Of a stretch of 64,000 nucleotides of DNA, positions 55,466 to 64,000 are shown one piece after another. Under the pieces are notes generated by a model that saw only the letters and a list, made by a program, of their open reading frames with translations, was not told the DNA's origin and made no database searches. Source of the stretch: Paragordius varius (lineage: Eukaryota > Animalia > Nematomorpha); the NCBI GenBank assembly GCA_964247055.1, contig OZ176054.1:1240001-1304000 (forward strand), in the 5' to 3' direction. The position numbers were made by a program, and so were the translations under genes. Within the stretch, counting starts at the first letter, position 1. Each line of letters opens with the position of its first letter.

Positions 55466-56655
55466 TATATATATATATATTAAATTTACCATTTTTATAA
55501 TAAAGATGTTAAATATTAAATAATAAATTGTCTTTGTTATTAACAAAATCTTATTTATCTTTCAGACTAATTTGACAAGGCTAGCTAATAAATATATGAT
55601 GAAAATATTTAACTGTTAAATTGGAGTTTTATTAAATCACGATTAAGTTGGTTAACGCATCATAATGTTTAAGTTAAATTTTGGTTGAATTTTTCGTTTT
55701 CCAATATAAAATTTTGTTAAAGAGAATAAAATAAATTGAGAAATCCTATACACTAAAACAAAATTTGAATGATCCAACCAGCTGATTAATTGGCTTTAAA
55801 TATATGAAATATGGAGGCTTCATTTATTTATCATTTATTTAAATTTATTTATTATATATTTAAACTTAGTGTCAATAGATAACCAAAATACAGCTATGGT
55901 ATATGAAATAATTTAAATTTTTACAAAGTCGTTTTGGAAGGTTTTTATAATATCTAAAATACGGAATAACTTGAAGATATTTTCAATAAATTTAACGCTT
56001 AAAGTACGTCATTTAGCGGTGGATACCCAACCAGGAAAACTTTCTTTTTACCACAAAATTATTTATAACAAAATTAAAATTTTTTATTCATAATAAATTC
56101 AACCTATATTAAATCTAATCTGGTAAAAAGGATTAATTTTTATTATAAATTACGCCATCCTTTAAAATTACGGAGGGTACTATTAATTAATAATGTCTAA
56201 TACGATTTTTTATTAACTCTTGCCATAATTATCAATAAACGACCAAATCTTAAAAGGGCCTTTTGTAAAATTATTATTACAGCCATAAGGAGTGATTTTA
56301 CCATTTATAGACGGTAGTAATTATAATTTTTTTGGAATTTCCATTTGTTTGTATATATAAATCGCCGACGATGTTTAGTTGAATAAAGAAATTTTGAAAA
56401 TTTTATTTTATGGTATTACCTCCGGATTTCTGTTGGATCTAACTAAATTTTTTATATTAATGTATGTACAATATTTTAAACAGGGTTTTTAAAATACTCT
56501 GCATTTTAGGGTAGCGCTTAAGGTAGTTTTATTTAATTGAGTTTTATATTGAATATGTATTATAGTGTTTTTCTAAATGACATCATCGTTACATAGCGAT
56601 GAAGGGTTTATATTAATTTGCTTTGATTGTTGAATCATAAAAGTGTTTTAATATT

Positions 56656-59600
56656 ATGAACTTTAAAACATTTTTAACGCTGTGTTTTTGTGGGAGTTGT
56701 TGTGTGGGAGGAGAGGCAGAAGAAGTGGAAGTGATTGCCAACGATGGTGAGGAGGGGACAACAGCCGATTCTAGGAGGAATCGAGGCTGTTGTCCCCGGT
56801 GGAAGAACCGGTGGGGGTTCTTCCAGAAGAGGAGAAGGGAACCGCCGGGTAAGATTTTTTAAATATTTCTTGCTTGCTTTTAAGAGTGCAAGTTTAATTT
56901 ATCCTAATGCTGATTAATTATTATTTAGATGGCGATGTGGGGAAACGCGGGGTGCCCCGGAAGAGTTTGTTAGGAGCTTTGCGACAAATATTCCGTAAGA
57001 AGCGTCGTCCCCCTCCAGGTATTATAAACCTACAATTTTTTAAGAAATGTCGTGTGCTACGGCAAAGTTGGTAAATCTTTTTCACTACCCAATAACTTTT
57101 ATTACTATTTTTAAACAATAATAAGGATAATTACATATGGATGTAGAAAGTTAATAAAGTTAGCTTGCATAATTCATAAGCGATTAAAATATTGTGTTAA
57201 AAAAACCTTAAAACAGAGAAAATGATTTAAAGTACCAGCTTTGTTCCGTTATTCATCAAGTAATTTAAGGTTACGATATGTAAGGTTATTTATAAAAAAC
57301 GATATCGTTCCAATTAAATAAAAGATAGTCAAATAAATTCAAATATTTTTGATTTATGGTAATTTGTTAACCTTTTTTTAGATGCCAAGCAAGAAAAACC
57401 AGGAAATGAATCAGGTAATTACAGAAAAATATATTGATATTTAAGTATGAAGAATGTTTTGATTAACATGCCAAATATAATCAATTTAAATAAATACGAT
57501 TCTGACAAAGTTTATTCAAATTAACATTTAGTTGTTATTTACAGGCAAATATTTTTTTTATTTAGTTCACAGTATTGTAGGGCCGCAAGAGGAGGGCGCT
57601 GGTGATTTCGAGCCTGCAAAAACAGGTAGATTATAATTATACTTTGGTATTTTTTTGGGCATTATTCTATATATCAATACAATCAAATTTTAATAAATCT
57701 TGAATGTTTTAAAAGTATACTATTTTTAACCTTTATTTAGTTTCATCTCAGTATGGTTCGGCTAAATCTTGTTGGCAAAATGACTCATGTATTATATGAA
57801 ATTATTATATAAATACTTTTTACAATTGTTTATAAAACCGTCAATATTTTAGTATCCAGTTATCCTGATGCAGTTGACCCTCCTAAAGCGGTGAGTAAAT
57901 ATTCATCTCTTAAAATTTTTCTTTTCATAAACAAAATTAATGAAAAATATCATTACTATCAACATTTTTATATTTATTTTATGGCACAATAAAGATTATC
58001 AAAAACTTCCCGCCCGAATATAATGTCTGCAAAAAACTTGGAGAAGGGTATTTTTATTTAGTTTATAATACTTTATAAGAATATAGGTTAATTACTTAAT
58101 AAATTTTATATTTTTAGGGCCTTTGGTACTGTATTCTTGGCCAAAGATCGTAAAAAGAATACCGTAGCATTAAAAAAGATAAAACTCAAGAACAAACAGC
58201 TTAATTACGAAGCGGTCAGTGAAATATTTTTATTGATGAACCTTAAACATCCCAACATTGTCAAATATCTTGGCTCCAGCTTTTATGGACACAGTTTATG
58301 GGTAATGGAGTTATCTAATTGCATGAATTAATATTTACAATATGTGTCATTTCGCTGTCTATTCGTTTGCTTTTTCATTATGTACAGATCGTCATGGAGA
58401 ACATTGATGGGGTTACATTGTGTGATTTGGCTCGTCAAAAGCTTTGCGAACCTTTACTAGCCTTAATCTGTCATCAGGTTAATTTTTTATTTTGTTAAAT
58501 TAGAATCCTGATTTTGAGTATTTATTTTTCACAAGATCAATTTGATTAGGCTTATAGGATGATTTCTGATTTTAGTGTTTCAAAAAATAATGTTTATATA
58601 CGATGCAATTTACACTTAATATTGGTGTGAATGTATGATACAGAGTATAGAAAAAATATACCACCTTAACCTAACAATCTTGTAAAAATATGTATCAGGA
58701 TTGTCGCTTTTTCGGCTTTATGTATAGATATATTTTTATATGAGATGAATCGTTTATATAAAATAATAAGTCCAACGCATACAATATTAAATGCCAAAGG
58801 ATTCATAAAAATGTTTAGTTATCACTTCTGGCTGTCAAACTTTAACCAAAGCATCTATGATTGGACCTTAAACGCATACATATTGATGGTTTGTAGGCGA
58901 AATTTCTAATAATTTTACATAAAAAGTGTACCCTTTTTAAAAATATTTTTTTTTCAATGTATAAACTAGCCATTAAATATTTTATCTGTTTTTTTTGAAC
59001 ACAATTTCGAATTCATAATTTTGTTTCGAAACTCTTTCAAATATACCGTTTGAACTTCAAGTTGGTCCTTAAACATTTCAGTTGGTCCTTTAGTTAATGC
59101 ATTTTAATTTCACCCATAACTATTTATAATTTGATTTTAATTCTAATCTTATTGCCCAAATCTTAAAATATGTATGTATCCATTTTAACCGAATCCAAAA
59201 ATGTAGGACTTTCGGAACGGCCTTTTAAGATTTTTATATATTATAGACGTTTTGGTCTTTAAATATAGTTTATAATATTTTTTAAAAATTTTCTGAAACG
59301 ATGATCGTAACTTCTACTAAATTTGGGCTATTTTGATATGGGGCAATAACATCGTCATCTTTTTTATTGGTAAAGCTCAAAAGTAAAAATAGCAGAAAAT
59401 TCTTGAAATATTTGTCCATAATATATACATTTCATCAAGATATTTGAGAATTAAGAGTAAATTAAACTAAAAATTAACAGGATGTTATATAACTTTTTGC
59501 CACTTTTTTCATAGATCTTGGAAGCCTTATCTCATATACATTCCAAATATATTGTACATAGAGACATAAAATCTACCAATATCATGATTGATTCCAATGG

Positions 59601-60797
59601 TACATTCAAACTCAGTAATATATTTAATTAATTGAAAATATATACAACTCTAACCACGACTCCTGGGCCGCATGCGGCTCTTAAAATGCTTCTATGTTAC
59701 CCTGAACTATATATTATATTTTTTGATATACTTTTTTGGGATATTAGTATCTGCAGATGCGTCAAGCAGCCATAAAATTTTTATCAGTATTATAGGGCGC
59801 GCGACCCTTCAAAAATAATATTTTTTGTAAAACTTATATTTTTTGGAGAACACCATTAATATTATAAAAGGCTTATCGAAAATTTGAATTTTATAAAATA
59901 TGGATTAAACTTTGATTCCATAACAATCTATTATTAACAATGGAGCTAAATTTTTTTATTGTCCACAATACAAAAATAATCATATAGAAGAATTGACACA
60001 ATTTTGTTAAATATTTCCATTATAATAGTTGATTTTGGACTGGCAAAATTGAGCTACCATCCCTCTGCCAAGATAGCAGGCACTTCTTGCTACTTTGCAG
60101 AGGAGACCCTTTTTAAGGGTATACAGGATCGGAAATCGGATATTTGGGCCCTGGGCATCGTTTGTATTGAGATGGTAGATGGAGAGTTACCCTATGCACA
60201 TCTCCATCCCAGCCAGGTAATTTTATCAATTTTTTTTCATATAGCTGAATTGTAATACAATATGCATTTTAATGGTTGCTTATTTCACACTCTAGTTGGG
60301 CAATTTGCAACTCAGTAATGTATGGAAAAAAGAAAGGAAAAAAAATATTTATCAACATTTTATTGTTTTTTCAATATACTATTGTATTGCAAATTTCCCA
60401 ACTAGAGTGTGAAATAAGCATCCATTAAAATTCATACTGTATCTATGGTTTTTACGGCATAATAAAACATAAAATTAAAATTAGATCATGCATAAGATGA
60501 TGACTCAGGGCAAACCATTCTGCAACAAGAGGTGCAGCATTTTCTTTTCAGAATTCATTAACGTCTGCCTGGAGGACCCTCCACTACGTCCACCAGCCTC
60601 TGATCTTCTGAAAGTATGTTAATTTTTTACATAATCAAACGAAATCTTTTTATGCAATTAAACTCATTTTATATTTGCAATTATTTTTTTAGCATCCTTT
60701 TCTCGATTTGGCCGCCTCAAGGGCGTGGCTCAGCTATATTGTCGCAACAAACAAAGTAAACATATATGGTGATTTTTTACAAAAATATATTAAATAA
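56656..60797 (+). CDS. Divergent STE20/PAK-like Ser/Thr kinase with a Cys-rich, polybasic N-terminus
   Basis: In-frame exons 56656-56848 and 56929-57018, short exons near 57382, 57566, 57741, 57853 and 57995, then exons starting 58119, 58389, 59516, 60029, 60485 and 60693. Motifs KLGEGAFGTV, VALKKI, LKHPNIVKY, IVMENIDG, VHRDIKSTN, DFG, GTSCYFAEE, SDIWALGIVCIEMVDGELPY and FINVCLEDPPLRP..LLKHPFL. Start codon and extreme C-terminus are uncertain. Confidence 0.8.
59640..59810. mobile_element. Possible hAT-derived relic in a kinase intron
   Basis: GC-rich gggccgcatgcggctc motif resembles hAT subterminal sequence. No clear TIR pair or TSD found. Confidence 0.25.
60258..60439. mobile_element. TA-flanked palindromic MITE in a kinase intron
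   Basis: TA|caatatgcattttaatggttgcttatttcacactctagttgggcaatttgcaa ... ttgcaaatttcccaactagagtgtgaaataagcatccattaaaattcatactg|TA. 46/49 identity over the core arms. Confidence 0.85.
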
Positions 60798-61319
60798 TTA
60801 ATGTTTTTATATATATATAAAAAATCAAGCAAAAAGAAGCGTATATATAAAGCTGACCAAATAACAGCAACTGCTAAAAATGACCATTATCATTTTGCAT
60901 AAATATCGGCCTTGATTAGCTTGCACATAGCATTTATAGAACTAATGGCTAAAGTATACATAATATTTCGTTGTCTTTTAAATATAAACAACAAAAAATA
61001 GTCGTTTACTAAAAAAATCATTGCTGTATAATATAATGTGAGAATAAAATTCACAAATACACCAATTTAACCCAAAATTTAATGATCATTATAGAGAGGC
61101 TCTCATATTTATTTCATTTTTGTCATGCATGTTAAACGAATTTTTTTTGTATCAACATACCATTTGTTTTGTTTTGCCATTTTTTATTCAAATTCAAACA
61201 TTGTTGTATCGAACCAAATCCTTATTGAGCTTTCACAATCCGAAAAAAAGGATAAGCTCTATAAGATAAAGAATATACAATTTAAATTCCTTTTTTTCCT
61301 TTTTAATTATAAGGGTAAA

Positions 61320-61450
61320 AATTTTATTCGGACATGTAAAGGCCACACTCGCCTGTCCAGGGCTGACAGTGATGATTTAGTAGTTTGTGGGTTTGAACTC
61401 TAGCAGAACTGTAAGAGTCTGGCGCCCTACCTACTATACCATCACGCCTC
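61320..61450 (-). mobile_element. tRNA-derived SINE-like element
   Basis: Minus strand reads GGCGTGA-TGGTATAGTAGG (A box, 61441-61430) ... GAGTTCAAACCC (B box, 61400-61389) with tRNA-like spacing, no acceptor-stem pairing, and a GC-rich body. Confidence 0.55.
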
Positions 61451-64000
61451 TATATTAGATAAAAGAATGCGAATAAACAATATATTAAACAGCTGTCTTG
61501 ATTATTACTATTCAATGCTTGATGTTTAATTTTTATAGGGCAAACTTTAATATAAAAAATCATAAAATCCGGATATACAATATAAGAACCAACTTGTGAA
61601 TGACTAACTTAAAAGATTAATGAACAACCCGTAATGTATGAAGTCCTTTAAAAAAGTAAAATAAAATATGTATGAACTTGAATTTTTATTATATATTAGA
61701 AGCAATAAATCAAACACAATAATAATATGACCGACAACAATTACAGTTATGATCGAATCTTGATACAATCTAAAACCTTAAAGGTTACAGAAATGAAGAA
61801 ACTTTGCTTATATCAAAAATTTAAAAGCAATCATTAGTGTTGGTTTAGTTATAAAGACATCAGTTGTGCCTATAAATTTGATACAGATCCCATTTTACTT
61901 ATCATACAGCAAATGACAAATACACCTGGCTGATTTCGACTAACTAGCCTCTTTTCTTTCATCATCAATTATTATATTGAATTTTGTACATTTGCGGCAC
62001 TCATTACCATCATTAGAAAAGGTGTATTGGACTAGAAGCTTATGTATGCTCTATCGATTAAACATCAAACAAAGATTCGGAATATTGAAAGTTATGATTT
62101 CTTGGGAAGGAGTGTGACATAAAACGCCAGACAACGCAATTTCCAATAATTAATTTATTCCATACATCATTCAAAAAACCTGGGCAGACTAGAAGACTAA
62201 CAGTAAAATAATGTTCCGTCTCATATGGCATTCATCTTTTACCAGAGCAGGAGCCAAATATGTACAGGCCGATTCAGTTGATTACCTTTAATTGCATGTC
62301 CAAATCATTTTCCAAATAAAATATAAATTTCCAACTATTATTTTTATTTAAATGATTTTAATTTTTCGTTACCCTATTTCAAACTCAATAATAGAAAATT
62401 CTGATGAAATTTATATATGCCGTTACATTATTTAAAGTGCTCTTGGTAAGAGGCATATAAAGTAAAAAAATACTTTTGTTTTCACTATATCAAAAAATTG
62501 TAAATCGTTTATCTTTATTTCACGTAATCAGTCATTGAGCCTTATTATAAAGTATCATATGTTTAAAAAACGAAATGCTTCCTTCTAACTATTAATAACA
62601 TTTATAGAAATTAAAAGCTAGTTTGTCCATTGAATTTTATATTTTGGAGTATTCTACGGTTGTTGTCGCCATGTTTATAATATAAGCTAAATTAGTATGC
62701 TATTATAATTCAAAATATTGTATTTTATTGCATTTAAATAATCGTTTTAATAAAATCCATCTGAGCTTTCCCTTAGAATATTTGAGGATAATTTTTTACA
62801 TGACAACTATATATTTATAAAGAAATGTAAAAAACCTCGTAAATTTTATGGAAAAAGTTTTCACCTGTTACCTCGTTTCCAACATACTTCATAATAGGTT
62901 ATACGTTTCAAAAAATTTGTTAATAAACGTGCTAAACATTAATTGAATGGTTTTATTATATAATGTCCAAATGATTTCACTAAAATTTAAGAGCTTATCT
63001 ACGACTACTCCCGTATATTAATGCACCAAACCAAGCAAAGAAAACACGCTCTACGATGATATTTTTAATAAGGGCGGAATTGGTTTTCAATCAACTATAA
63101 TTTAAAACAATTTCTGTAAACTCGCCAAGTTTTTCCGCTCAGGTAAAATTAGGGTCATGACATTTTGTTTAAACGAGTTTTTGAATTCTAAATGATGAAT
63201 AAATAAGTTAACTAAGTCAAGCTTTAAAAATCACTTGCAAAACAATGAATAACCACCTTTAACAATTTAAATTCATTCTTAAAATTTTTTGAAATTTCCT
63301 CGAACACGAATCATCCTTAAGGTAATTTTAGGAAATCATATAAAATATATTTTTATTTCAATTGTTATGCTTTATATATTAATTTTTATGCGCCTCTTTA
63401 TCTGTTCAAGAATGCATTTTGATTCGTGATATATCATTCAAAATAGTAGTGAAAACTCAATGCATGTTAATATGTTTTACATCAATAATTAACATTGGAC
63501 ATAGGAAACAAACCCATGAAACAAAAGCCTGATCCTCCAAAAATATATTTAACTAATCGATGTAAATAGCTCAAACTTTGTGTACAATGATTTAAAAAAT
63601 ATAAAACAAAAAAGTTTTTTTTAAACCAAAAGCTTTTTAATTTATTTTTTTTACTCATAAACCATAATTATATTAAAATAATTTATATTATTTTTAAATT
63701 AGTTTTTTACAATATTTTGAGTTGAAAATTCTGACTATTAAGAGCCATTACATCACATTGATTTAAATGACTTACTACCATTCGAAGATTCAATCTTTTG
63801 CACCATCTAAAAAATTTTGAGTTTAAAGTTGAATTGGGGCCAAAAAATTTCGATAAACACCAAGAGAAATTTTGGGTATTAGACCAATTTTTTATACTAT
63901 TTATGTCCTTCAATGTAATAAATTAAAATGGCACTTAATAGTCAGAGTTGTCTATATTTATAGAACTGGCCACTTATTTTATTTGTGTTACAACCCGTTG

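Noticed and set aside
56576-56655. Upstream ATG exon for the kinase
   Set aside because: The donor phase does not match the acceptor at 56643, so it cannot join the 56656 frame.
60485-60613. Suspected frameshift in the penultimate kinase exon
   Set aside because: A base-by-base recount shows a continuous frame (IMHKMMTQGKPFCNKRCSIFFSEFINVCLEDP...).
61385-61450. Functional tRNA gene
   Set aside because: A and B boxes are present, but there is no acceptor-stem pairing or plausible cloverleaf. It is treated as a SINE head.
62980-63913. Possible exons near the window end, including the 68-aa minus-strand ORF
   Set aside because: There is no recognisable domain, the 62980-63140 segment has stops in every frame, and no consistent splice chain could be built.

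Overview
Very AT-rich, intron-containing animal genomic DNA, not prokaryotic. The troponin C is nematode/arthropod-like, so an invertebrate (probably ecdysozoan) source is inferred, not proven. Seven spliced genes can be rebuilt by hand: a 5'-partial ZC3H4/ZC3H6-type CCCH protein (+, to 8752), SNX13 (-, 12621-26122), DNAJC5/cysteine string protein (+, 26239-29243), troponin C (+, about 39105-41958), PRC1/MAP65 (-, 43146-50322), ARF6 (+, 50511-52816) and a divergent STE20/PAK-like kinase (+, 56656-about 60797). SNX13/DNAJC5 and PRC1/ARF6 are tight head-to-head pairs, with 116 and 188 bp between ATGs. In all four of these genes the first introns are tiny (23-39 nt), including an obligatory 23-nt intron in ARF6, while the downstream introns examined are about 60 to over 1000 nt. 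Mobile DNA includes two copies of a non-autonomous Helitron built from a ~157-bp core plus nested 5' termini and a 514-bp satellite, and a full-length but disabled Mag-type Ty3/Gypsy element with TG...TA LTRs inserted in an older inverted-repeat element. There are also several TA-flanked MITEs, an RTE LINE tail and a tRNA-derived SINE. All family assignments rest on recognised motifs; no database search was run.
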